A stretch of DNA of 63,379 bases, filler included, from Octopus bimaculoides (Eukaryota), in assembly GCF_001194135.2 (NCBI RefSeq). It is 6 parts of 5 records of this genome, joined end to end, with 100 filler letters (N's around TTAATTAATTAA, not from the genome) between each part and the next. Parts side by side here need not be neighbours in the genome. Positions count along the whole stretch, not along the records: positions 25,839 to 36,747 come from NC_068997.1; positions 36,848 to 51,773 come from NC_068987.1; 4 more parts are not named here. One strand, 5' to 3'. The notes beneath the pieces were generated by a model that was given only the letters and a program-made list of their open reading frames with translations, ran no database searches and was not told where the DNA came from. Within the stretch, counting starts at the first letter, position 1; each line of letters starts with the position of its first letter. Positions 36,591-48,219 of the stretch are shown here, piece after piece. Made by a program: the position numbers and the translations under genes.

Positions 36591-36692
36591 GGCGTTGGCA
36601 AGACTTCTACTATACGTCTGATGAGTGGTATCGAAAGAGAATTCGAGGTTGAGGTCACTGTAGTTCTGTCTGATACACTACACACACACGCA

Positions 36693-36747
<55 letters not shown>

Positions 36748-36847
36748 NNNNNNNNNNNNNNNNNNNNNNNNNNNNNNNNNNNNNNNNNNNNTTAATTAAT
36801 TAANNNNNNNNNNNNNNNNNNNNNNNNNNNNNNNNNNNNNNNNNNNN
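36748..36847. other. Artificial scaffold-join spacer
   Basis: 44 N + TTAATTAATTAA (36792-36803) + 44 N. Confidence 0.95.
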
Positions 36848-38409
36848 AAGGATGGAAGGCAAAGTCGACTTCGACGGAATTTGAACTCAGAACGTAAGTA
36901 CGGACAAAATGCCGCTAAGCATCTTGCCCGATATCCTAACGATTCTTCCAGTCCACCATTTTCAGTACTACTACTAATAATAATCCTTTCTATTATAGGC
37001 ACAAGGCCTGAAATTTGGGCGGGGGGGGGAGACAGTCGATTACATCAAACGGTTCTTATTTTATCGACCCCAGAAGGATGAAAGGTAAAGTTCACCTAGG
37101 CAGAATTTGACCGCTAAACATAAAAACCGGAAGAGACGCCGCTAAGTATTTTGTCTGGCGCAGTAACGACTCTTCCAACTCACTGTCTGGTTCTGTTGTA
37201 TTATGAATGATCGTAGTTCTATTTTCCTTTACTACTTTACTTCTATGACTTGAAATTCCTTTGTTTTATTGAATACTGACAATAAACGTATTTCCCTTTA
37301 ACGTATGTAGTCTTTCTTTACAGGAATCTAAAGATGGAGATTAGTCACTCAATATACGTTGATCATATAAATAGAACTGGAAGATAATCCAATGACAGCA
37401 CTGTGTGCATCATTTTGACGTTTCGTTAGTGTCCGTTTTTAACTTTCTAAAATAAGAACAAATCCAATTATTGTATAAGACTGATTCGCTTTGAGTTTGT
37501 GTCTGCTGCTTACTTTACAGAATATTGGAGGGATAATATGTAAAGTCAATTCCAGTGGGATTTGAACTCGTAACGAGAATGGACAAAAAGTAAAATTAAG
37601 TGCTACATCTTTTTTTTTTTTTTTACCTTTTCTCAATACTTTAGCATTTCGTTCTCCTTATCATCTTGACTTGGCTTTGTGATGTAACCGCTGAAAAAAT
37701 CATTAAAAGCTTACAATGTATAACAGCAACTTCGTTTCTCTTAATAGAAAAGCTTAACTCGCTTTCAAGGTAGTGAATTAGCCGAGTGGTTAGATCGTCG
37801 TATTGATTCCCTTATTATATTCGTTCTGAGTGTCTGCAATCTGAGTTCAAATTCCACCCGGGGCAACTTTGCTTTTCATTCCCTGGGAATCGATAAATAA
37901 CGTACCAGTTAAGTACTAGGGGATCAATTCTTCTTTCTCTCTAAAAGAAATCGGTTGTAATCAGAACTGAAGCGGAATGGATTCTCTCAGGTTTAAGGCG
38001 CACCACTACGACTCCATCAGGAGACGGGGACTCAGAGAAAAGGCGAGACACTAGTCCTAGTGAGAGAGGGAGGTTGTGACAGCTGTTAACTAGCAATGCT
38101 TTGCTCATTATAATTGAGTGACCCCCAAACTTTTAGAAACAACTATCCTGCTTATGCGGATCTGGTAGTCAGCTGATTTCATCGTGAAAACCTGCTGTGA
38201 CTTTCCTTTTGCAAGAAAAGGGAGCTAGTTTGGTTCTACCTTGAGACAAAGCTGATTCTGTGGTAGGCGCAATAAATGGACTGAAAGCATAGAATTTCTT
38301 CTGTCTCATCAATATTTGCAACTACAACTTGAAGAGAAAGAAGGTCAAAATGGAAGTTGCTGTTAAATTTAAATTTGCTGAAATGGGGGTGAGTGAGTTT
38401 AGAGTGGCT

Positions 38410-38735
38410 GAATAACTGGCACTGTGTCGGCTACAACGACACGAGTTCCAGTTGATCCGATCGACGGAACAGCCTGCTTGAGAAATTACCGTGCAAGTAG
38501 CTTAGCACTCACTCAACAGACAATCGAACCCTTAATGTAGTTCTCGGAGAGATTAAGCGGGACACAGAATGTGACAAGGCTGACCTTTTCAAATACAGGT
38601 GCTTCTCATTTTTGCCAGCTAAGTGGAGTGGAGTAACGAGAAATAAAATTTCTTGCTCGAGGACACAACGCACCGCTGAGAATCGAACTCACGATCTTAT
38701 GCTCACGAACCGAATGTCCTAACCACTAAGCCACG
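38410..38735 (-). mobile_element. Diverged family-A-related SINE
   Basis: Plus strand shows GTTCCAGTTGATCCGATCGACGGAACAGCCTGC and GAATCGAACTCACGATC...CCTAACCACTAAGCC, an antisense tRNA-like head. Confidence 0.7.
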
Positions 38736-40114
38736 TCTCCACGGAGTGGCTGAATAAGCATAACGCGAATCTGCAACTGTTGGTGAGAAGCAACAACAGA
38801 GAGGAGGAACTTTTTTTTTCTTTTTTTTTTTTGGTAGTCAGCGTTATTAGCATTGACCTTCATATGGGATCTCATGGTATACTTATCCCCGCGCAGGCGT
38901 GGCTGTCTAGNNNNNNNNNNNNNNNNNNNNNNNNNNNNNNNNNNNNNNNNNNNNNNNNNNNNNNNNNNNNNNNNNNNNNNNNNNNNNNNNNNNNNNNNNN
39001 NNNNNNNNNNNNNNNNNNNNNNNNNNNNNNNNNNNNNNNNNNNNNNNNNNNNNNNNNNNNNNNNNNNNNNNNNNNNNNNNNNNNNNNNNNNNNNNNNNNN
39101 NNNNNNNNNNNNNNNNNNNNNNNNNNNNNNNNNNNNNNNNNNNNNNNNNNNNNNNNNNNNNNNNNNNNNNNNNNNNNNNNNNNNNNNNNNNNNNNNNNNN
39201 NNNNNNNNNNNNNNNNNNNNNNNNNNNNNNNNNNNNNNNNNNNNNNNNNNNNNNNNNNNNNNNNNNNNNNNNNNNNNNNNNNNNNNNNNNNNNNNNNNNN
39301 NNNNNNNNNNNNNNNNNNNNNNNNNNNNNNNNNNNNNNNNNNNNNNNNNNNNNNNNNNNNNNNNNNNNNNNNNNNNNNNNNNNNNNNNNNNNNNNNNNNN
39401 NNNNNNNNNNNNNNNNNNNNNNNNNNNNNNNNNNNNNNNNNNNNNNNNNNNNNNNNNNNNNNNNNNNNNNNNNNNNNNNNNNNNNNNNNNNNNNNNNNNN
39501 NNNNNNNNNNNNNNNNNNNNNNNNNNNNNNNNNNNNNNNNNNNNNNNNNNNNNNNNNNNNNNNNNNNNNNNNNNNNNNNNNNNNNNNNNNNNNNNNNNNN
39601 NNNNNNNNNNNNNNNNNNNNNNNNNNNNNNNNNNNNNGGGAGGCGGTACAGAAAGAGGAGGCATTGGGAGAAAGGCAGTGGACTGAGGGACGTTATGAAT
39701 TTATAATATTATTATAGTATTGTTTGCAAATTATATAATATTATATTAAATATCAAATGATTCATTGTATATATAAATTATTAAAATATAAAATATCTAT
39801 TTATACATAAAAATAACGGTGGGGGCGCTGAGGGTATTATGTGGCCATGAGGGGGGCGGTGGTCGAAAATGTTTGAGAACCACTGATCTAAAGCAAAATG
39901 TTTTTCAGGAGCTTTTAAAATATTATTGTGGATCCCTAATTTACTATTTTCGTGAATGGACCCTGGTTGAGAAACCCTGTACTAGTCAAATATTAATGTC
40001 CTTTTAATTGACTGATCCCCGCTGCCCACAAAAACCATCATTATCATTATTATTATTCAATTCGGATAAAGCTTCATAGTAAACAAAGTCACTTTTGTTT
40101 ACACCGCCTCCTCC

Positions 40115-40220
40115 ATCTTCTTCTTCTCCTTCTTCTTCTTCTTCTTCTTCTTCTTCTTCTTCTTCTTCTTCTTCTTCTTCTTCTTCTTCTTCTTCTTCTT
40201 CTTCTTCTTCTTCTTCTTCT
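40115..40220. repeat. (CTT)n microsatellite
   Basis: Directly visible. Confidence 0.95.
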
Positions 40221-40437
40221 GTCCCCTTCTTTATTGTAGTAGTGAATAAGGAAACAGACAATGTCCTTTCTTTTTTTTTCTTTTTTCTTTTTCTTCTAAA
40301 ATTACTACAATTGACACACTGTTCTTTTCTGTCTTGCTTTTCTTAATGGCCATTAAAGATAGGTTGGTCTCGTTGTATAGAGACTGTGAACTAGATCTAT
40401 GAATTAGTACATTGTTGGAGTCTTCTGATCAGCTGAG

Positions 40438-40476
<39 letters not shown>

Positions 40477-40610
40477 TTGTGTGAAAGAGAGAGTCATAGA
40501 GAGGGGGAGGGAGCAATAGGCTGGTACATACTCAGACACATTCATACAAGTACATTTATACACACAGTTTACATATACACACGCACACGTACACACATGT
40601 ATATAGCAAA

Positions 40611-40642
<32 letters not shown>

Positions 40643-40729
40643 ATGTGCGCTTGCGTCCGTATATTGAGTATGTTTGCTTTACCAGATGTAATTGAAGGTA
40701 CTTATTGTATAAGTATGTTCCTGCGTTGT

Positions 40730-41100
40730 GGAGGCGCAATGGCCCAGTGGTTAGGGCAGCGGACTTGCGGTCGTAGGATTGCGGTTTCGAGTGAGTGTTT
40801 ATTGAGCGAAAACACCTAAAGCTCCACGAGGCTCCGGCAGGGGGTGGTGGTGAACCCTGCTGTAGTACTCTTTCACCACAACTTTCTCTCACTCTTTCTT
40901 CCAGTTTATGTTGTACCTGTAATTTAAAGGGCCAGCCTTGTTACACTCTGTGTCACGCTGAATATCCCCGAGAACAACGTTAAGGGTACACGTGTCTGTG
41001 CAGTGCTCAGCCACTTGCACGTTAATTTAACGAGCAGGCTGTTCCGTTGATCGGATCAACTGGAACCCTCGACGTCGTAAGCGACGGAGTGCCAACAACA
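40730..41100 (+). mobile_element. tRNA-derived SINE, family A
   Basis: Head GGAGGCGCAATGGCCCAGTGGTTAGGGCAGCGGAC, body GTCACGCTGAATATCCCCGAGAAC...GATCGGATCAACTGGAACCCTCGACGTCG, and an (AAC)n tail. Confidence 0.85.
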
Positions 41101-41280
41101 TGTTCCTGCGTGNNNNNNNNNNNNNNNNNNNNNNNNNNNNNNNNNNNNNNNNNNNNNNNNNNNNNNNNNNNNNNNNNNNNNNNNNNNNNNNNNNNNNNNN
41201 NNNNNNNNNNNNNNNNNNNNNNNNNNNNNNNNNNNNNNNNNNGTTATATTCGTGTTTTCTGTCTTACAAACGCCTGAAAA

Positions 41281-41315
<35 letters not shown>

Positions 41316-41344
41316 CGCGCTTGTAGACTTTTATTTTATTCTTT

Positions 41345-41505
41345 TGCTTGTTTCAGTCATTTGACGGCCATGCCGGAGCACCGTCTTGAAGGGTTTTAGT
41401 CGAACAAATCGACCGCAAAACTTATTCTTTGTAAGCCTAGTGCTTATTCTATCGTTCTCTTTTGCCGAACGGCTGGCTTACGGGTACGTAAACATACCAA
41501 CACCG
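41345..41505 (+). mobile_element. Interspersed repeat, family E (also about 57775-57960 +, 54950-55110 -, 990-1130 +)
   Basis: TTGTTTCAGTCATTTGAC..GCCATGCxGGAGCACCG...TATTCTATCG...GCCGAACxGCT....ACGGG.ACGTAAAC. Confidence 0.75.
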
Positions 41506-41800
41506 TATGTACGTTTGTTTTCTCTCTTCAAAATCATTATGTCAGGGCTCTTGTGTTTACATTTTATTGAGGTTTTCACTGGGACATTCCACCAGTATTT
41601 CTTTTTATTATGAGTGGCTCCTACTGTGTGTGGGTTCCTATTTCTTTGTCGTCGGGGTTATCTTTCCGACGGATCTTATTGTACAGTGTCCTAGCTACAA
41701 CATCATGTCTCATCGGTAGATAATACCGTGATGAGATTTTCAGACTTCTGCAATTATAAACAGGGCAAATTTTAACCATTTCTCCGCAGACTGAAAAAAT
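41500..41800 (-). mobile_element. Fragment of an RLE-type non-LTR retrotransposon (R4/Dong-like zinc-knuckle region)
   Basis: Minus ORF VCGEMV...SSRYYLPMRHDVVARTLYNKI resembles the CxxC...Y..RHD.VA motif that precedes the restriction-like endonuclease. Confidence 0.6.
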
Positions 41801-41806
41801 TATGGA

Positions 41807-41853
41807 CAACTTTAATCGATTTTCGAACCTTATTGGGTTCTCATCAGAGGCGT
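41807..41853 (-). ncRNA. Minimal type I hammerhead ribozyme motif (PLE-type)
   Basis: Minus strand: CGCCT CTGATGA GAACC caataa GGTTC GAAA ATCGAT TA | AAGTTG. The core is intact, stem II is 5 bp and helix III is the palindrome AATCGATT. Stem I is weak. Confidence 0.7.
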
Positions 41854-41975
41854 GTATGTATGTATGTATGTATGTATGTATGTATGCATGTATGTATGTA
41901 TGTATGTATGTATGCATGCATGTATGTATGTATGTATGTATGTATGTATGTATGTATGTATGTATGTATATATGT

Positions 41976-42402
41976 ATAGGATCCCTAAGCAGATGCTATA
42001 TGGAGAACTTATGAATGGAAGGAGATTCCGGCAGAAACCAAGGCTGCGCTCTAAGGACTGTGTCAAGTCCTCATTAAAGGCCTGTGATATGCCGGACACT
42101 GACTGGGAGAACAATGCCTGTCATCGCCACAGATGGAGGAAGCAGGTTAAGGAAGAGATCGACACTTTTGAGAGAGCACGTATCCAGCATGAAGAACTTA
42201 AGCGAGCTGCGCGAAAGCGCACGGCTCGTATAGTGAATGGGGAAAGCTTGGTCTGCACTGTTTGCAGTTGTGTATGCTTGTCAAGAGCAGGGCTCATTAG
42301 CCACAAACGGAGCCGCAAATGCAAAATATAAGTTAGTCCTAGAGCGCACAATGATCCTGTATGTCGGCAATGGTCTTCCTCGGTCACGAGTGGACGGCCA
42401 TC
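41976..42402 (+). mobile_element. 3' end of a second RTE-type LINE (C-terminal C2H2 finger) embedded in (TATG)n
   Basis: RIPKQMLYGEL...RQKPRLRSKDCVKSSLK...WRKQV...CTVCSCVCLSRAGLISHKRS. (TATG)n lies on both sides (41853-41975, 42403-42427). Confidence 0.85.
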
Positions 42403-43114
42403 ATGTATGTATGTATGTATGTATGTACGTTTGGACGCTCGACAGTATGTCTATGTTTGTATGAATGAAAGCGTAGAAGCATGGTTATCATTACACATGT
42501 GGATCTGAGTGCATTGATTTATGTAATATGTGTTTATACGTTTTTACACGTGTGTATATGTAGCAATACCAGGTTAAACTTCTGGAATGTTTTACGTTTC
42601 CACAGTTCCATTAAGCGTTTGTGATTGCAATTTTTTAATTAACCATATCCCATCAGGTTTTGTTGATACTCAACTTCACAAGATTAGTGTTGAGGTTGAT
42701 AGTTATATAACCACGACCTCCAATCACTGGCTCTAATCTAGTTATAATATGGTTGTAATATCCAGGCATATCTCGTTAGTTTGATGTAGAAGTTTTCTTT
42801 TATTATTTTAATCTTGTACTAACGTGTGCTGGGCAACCGATTTCTTTCTATTATGCACAGCGTCTCTTCTCTGTCTTAGATTGTCTGTTCTGTTATATTT
42901 GCATTTTAGAAGTTTGGCAGAAACATTCCGCTGGTTTTATTAAGCATAGCTGTATATAAGTATGGGGATGTCTCGCTTTGAAGCCACGAAGTTTCAGGTT
43001 CAGTCCCACAGAGCCGCACTTTGGGCTAATGTCTTCTAACTTCGACCTTGGGTCGACTAAAGCTTGTGAATGAATTTGATAGATAGAAACTATACGTGAA
43101 TGAATTTGACAGAC

Positions 43115-43156
<42 letters not shown>

Positions 43157-44251
43157 CTGTCTGTCTGCCCGCATCACCAATCCCTCACCGCGTTTGTTTA
43201 CGTCATCGTGACCTAACTATACGTCATCGTCATCTAGCCATTCGGCAAAAGAGACTGGTAAAGTATGTACCAGACTTTTAGAAATACTAAGTATGGCCGC
43301 AGTTCAATGACTGAAGCAAGTAAAAGATAAAAGATATGTGACTATACTTTCTACATTAATGTGGCATCGTACATTTTTGTTTTCGGCACTAGCCGTTCTA
43401 TGGATTATATTGTATTATCTTCTCGTCACGGCATCATGCTATACCGGCAGATAGAATCGTATTTGAAGAGCGGTTTATTATGTGAGGATGTGATTTAACA
43501 TTTTGACGATAAATCAACAAAGCTTGCATCACATGTCACATCTAGAAGTTTTACTTGCATTCCTAATTCTTTTATAACTCAAGTATTTCATTGTTATTTC
43601 TTGTTCTGAGGTCGCTAAAGCATAACTTTCAAAATGAGAGTTAGCATAGTGGCTGTTGATTCGAGCTTGACTTCTGTAATAATGTATGTTACTGTTTACT
43701 TTGTAGTTTTCTGACGACAAAATGGTTTCAAATTTTGGCACGAGGCCAGCAGTTTCAAGGGGAAGAGCTAGTCAATTACATCGTCACAGGTACTTGACTG
43801 GTACTTTGTTTTATTGACACTGAAAGGTGAAAGGCAAAATTGCCCCTCGGCAGTATTTGAACTCAGAAGGTAAAGAGCCGGAAGAAATGTCGTTAAGCGT
43901 TTTATCCAACGCGCTAATAATTTCGCCAACTCGCCACCTATATAACCCATCTTGCCATCCATACATAACATGCTGATTAGTAAAAAGCTTTTCATCCGAT
44001 GTGTTGTGGCTGTGTGATACAACTTCCCTACGTACGAATTCCGGGTCATCAGCCAAGGAAAACGTTCGCGAGAACTTCTTTCCAACTCTCGCGATGTCAT
44101 CTGCCTTATTTATGTAGATTCGATCGATGGATGTGCTTTAAAACTTATCGTTAGTAACTGTTAACGAAGAGATATGATGTGGCACTGGAAGGATGATTGA
44201 ATCGACGCTAAGGCTTTGCATCTTTTGTTATTACTATCGATAGGCAAGAGT

Positions 44252-44638
44252 GGAGGCGCAATGGCCCAGTGGTTAGGGCAGCGGACTCGCGGTCATAGGA
44301 TCGCGGTTTCGATTCTCAGACCGGGCGTTGTGAGTGTTTATTGAGCGAAAACATCTAAAGCTCCACGAGGCTCCGACAGGGGATGATGGCGAACCCTGCT
44401 GTATTCTTTCACCACAACTTTCTCTCACTCTTACTTCCTGTTTCTCTTGTACCTGTAATTCAAACGGTCAGCCTTGTCACACTGTGTCACGCTGAATATC
44501 CCCGAGAACTACGTTAAGGGTACACGTGTCTGTGGAGTGCTCAGCCACTTGCTCATTAATTTAACGAGCAGGCTGTTCCGTTGATCGGATCAACTGGAAC
44601 CCTCGACGTCGTAAGCGACGGAGTGCCAACAACAACAA
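44252..44638 (+). mobile_element. tRNA-derived SINE, family A (full length)
   Basis: A box TGGCCCAGTGG, B-box-like GTTTCGATTC, the same body as 40730, and an (AAC)n tail. Confidence 0.9.
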
Positions 44639-44828
44639 ACGATAGGCAAATATCTGGTGGTGGTTAATGACTTTCTGGTTCTTAACATCAATTGCTCGAA
44701 TCTCATTTAGCGTCCAGTCGTAAAACCAAAATGTTGGTATAAGAATTCGTATAATAAACTAATGTTTAGTACAAAAGAATATAATTTTTCATTTGAGTAT
44801 TATATTCCTTGGTAATGCGTTTTGTGTT

Positions 44829-45275
44829 TGTTGTGTCGACGCCCCCAGGCAAAGACGTAGGATCTCCCAAGACATATAAATAGAGGAAGTCTGGCCGTGG
44901 TAGGAGTGTTGAGTAGCAGTCGAGTAGCAGTTATGTAGCGGTTGAGTAGAGATCATCCGAAGGTGCTAGATAGCAGTAGCTTGAGACATAACAGTGGCGA
45001 CGAGGATGAGTTTCAAATTCACACCTCCGTGATTACGCGTCGCGGTGCTCTAGACCGATTAAGCTAAACTGCCCCACTGTTATGTCTCCGATTAAGCTAA
45101 ACTGCCCCACTGTTATGTCTCCACGCTACTGCTATCTAGCACCTTCGGATGATCTCTACTCAACCGCTACATAACTGCTACTCGACTGCTACTCAACACC
45201 CTTACCACGGCCAGACCACCTCTATTTATATGTTTCGGGAGATCCTACTTCTTCGCCTGGGGATGTCGCACAACA
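44829..45275. mobile_element. Inverted-LTR element: LTR(+) 44829-44993, PBS, tRNA-like insert, LTR(-) 45111-45275, with 5-bp TSD
   Basis: Two 165-bp arms, each TGTTGTG...ATAACA, in inverted orientation. TATAAATA at 44875. PBS TGGCGACGAGGATG at 44995-45008. GTGTT at both 44824-44828 and 45276-45280. Confidence 0.85.
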
Positions 45276-46522
45276 GTGTTATAAGTCCTATCCCTAGATT
45301 CCGGCAACATTCTTCACCAGATATCGGAGAAATAGCTTGGCCATTGATAGAGATGTTTCTCACTGGCTTATAATTACCCCTCGTTTTACAACCGAGATGT
45401 CTAAGATCGAACTTTATTTCTATATCCTCTGAGAGTGTCCCAACGAGGTCAAAGTGCGTTTTCGTATCGTTCATATTTTTGGCATATATTTTCAGGACAA
45501 CCACAAAGAAACTACGTGTCAGGCTGGTGTTTCTGTTTTCCTGCGAGTTAAATACGTACTCTGAAGATTAAGGATAAAGTGTTCACAACAAGTAGAATCA
45601 GCGTCACACGCACGCGCACACACACTTAGACACACACACAGACACACAAAGAAGAAGAAGAGATCGTCTCCTTGAAATACATCCTGAGAGGATATTTTAT
45701 CCTAACAGGAACAATATGCAATTCAATGACCTCCTGTATTTAATTTCAAGATGATTACCCAACACGCTCTGATTATCGTACCTTCCATTCAAGTTGAAGG
45801 ATCTCTAAGCATTAAGGAGTGGAGCGATAGTGCCAAGAGTGTTCTTGTAATCCAGCCCTCCGCAGCTAAACGTTTCCAATGCCGACGAACCGCTCAAACC
45901 ATAGTTTTGTTTAATAGATCAAATTGCCCAATACATTCTCAAACTTCATATTGTTTCTTAAGCTGCTTGTTCAGTTGTGGAGATAGTATTACTATCAGAA
46001 TTATGATCCAGAAGGAATAGTTCTGGATGTACTGCGTACATTTTATGCATTAATTTATGACAAATTCTAAACCATGTGAATGATTTTTTTTCCGGTATCA
46101 GATTTGTATTTTTGACAATAACAAAAACTTGCTATATTTATATCTCCATTGACAGAAAGCTGGTAAAGATCAATAAAATACCCTCAATAGAAGGTCACGT
46201 TTTTTTTTATTGAATAGACGACAATTGAGGCCCTTTCATGCCCTGTTTTATCCTGATCCTCTCCTATCACAGTGTGAAGAATATCGCCATTGATATACTT
46301 ATGCTTGTGATGCAATGCAGGGACAACACTACTTCTAACCAGACTGCATTTTCACAAAATTCTTTTTCCCTCTCCCAAAACTTTCTCTCAGAATGAATCC
46401 ATAACTTCCTGGGAAATATCCTTTATGACCTTCATTGATTGCCCTCTCTTTTCACTCTACAATGCTCATTGATTTTGATTGAAATTCTTCATGTAGTTCT
46501 CTTGCTTTACTACATTTCTGAG

Positions 46523-46554
<32 letters not shown>

Positions 46555-46949
46555 TGTATGCATGCTTGCATGGATGGATGGATGGTTGGATGGATGGACG
46601 TATGAACGGATGGATGCTTGCATACGAAATACAAGTGTATGAATATGTGCTTCAAAGGGAAACATTTCCATCACTGTGTTTGTACATATTAGTTAGACAG
46701 TTAGTAAATTGGTTGGTTGGTGGATTTGTTGGTCGGCTGGCTGACTGGCTGGCTGGTTGGCTGGCTGATTGGTTGGTTGGTTGGTTGGTTAGTTGGTTGG
46801 TTTAGTCTGATTTAGTTTGGTTTGGTTTAGATTGGTTTGGTTTGGTTTGGTTGGTTAGCTAATTGGGAAAATATTAAAGAAGCTTGGTGACATAATACAT
46901 CATTGTGTAGCTTCAACAATTACTCGAAACCAATCAGCAAGGTCTCTAG

Positions 46950-48183
46950 GGTGTACTTGCACATTGTGTACATGTGTTTTTATAACTGACACAATCTTTT
47001 GATGATCTCGTATTTACAACAACACCTTCCGTAGCGCTTTCCGTTATATTGTATCGAAAACTAATTTAAAAGTAATGAAATGAAAATGCAGTGGAATTTT
47101 ATGTCTCTCTGGCTTTTCTGATTCTTGACAGGCAATAAAGACTGCATCAATTGTTCTTCTTCCTGGTCTAAAAACCACATTGCGTTTCGCTTAAGCTTCT
47201 TATGGTTATTGGTGCACATCTGCTTAGTAGAATCTCATAAAATACTTTTCCAGGAATTGAAAGTAATATTATTTTCTGGATTCAATTTATTTCCTTCCTT
47301 ATGGATGAGGTTCGCTATCATTATTGACCAGTCTGTAGGGAGACTTTTTCTTTTATAATGATTTGATTAAACAATTTTTATGTCTTTATCATTAATAGTA
47401 CTACTTTGTTTTGATTGCTATTGTATGTGTGCTGCCCATACCTGGCGTATCTTGATCTTTCCCATTTTCTGTTTTAAACTATTTAATAGCATTTTCGACT
47501 TATTTATTTTAGTAATTGGTAAGAAGTTTCCTATGCCATAATCAATGTTATTTGGTCTATCTCGCATTAAGTTTCATCTTTATCGAAGAATTGTGTACTG
47601 AAATGCTTTTCAAAATGCATTCATCATCTGTTTAATGCATTGCTTGTTTCACTTGTAGCATTTCTTGCGAGTTTTTTACTACTTTTACTACCAACACCAT
47701 TTCGTGATTTTCCCTCCTTCCAGTTGTCTGCTTTGCTGAAATAGCCAATATGTATTTATTTCTTCAGAAAGAGTTCTTCTACTTGTATTTTTAGTTATTA
47801 GATTTTTATTCTTCTGTTGTCTCAAGTATTTTTTGATTTTTGTTTAATTCTTTATATAATTCTATTTCTGAAATCGGTGTTATGTTGAAAGGCAATCATA
47901 TGCGATTTCGCTAACTTTCGTTTTTATCACACATATCTACAGCGTCTGCCGATAGAACTTCCATTTGTCTGTCGGTGTTTCTTGATGCCAAATTCTTCTC
48001 TTGCTATCTAATGCACAGTATTTTTTTGATTGCATGAAAAAATTCTCCGAAAATTCTCCGTACCATCTTGGTCTGAAAACGCATCTAATCGACATACAAC
48101 TAAGATTTCAAATTTCTGTGATGGATATGTGCTTATGTGTGTGCTTGTGTGCGTGTGTGTGTGTGTGTACGTCTGTGTGTGCT

Positions 48184-48219
<36 letters not shown>

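Noticed and set aside
37988-38075. Possible exon after ctctcag (GLRRTTTTPSGDGDSEKRR...)
   Set aside because: No recognisable homology, no clear donor site, and it is not Staufen-like.
44252-44325. tRNA-like heads with A/B boxes as tRNA genes
   Set aside because: Each continues into a shared SINE body and lacks a pairing acceptor stem.
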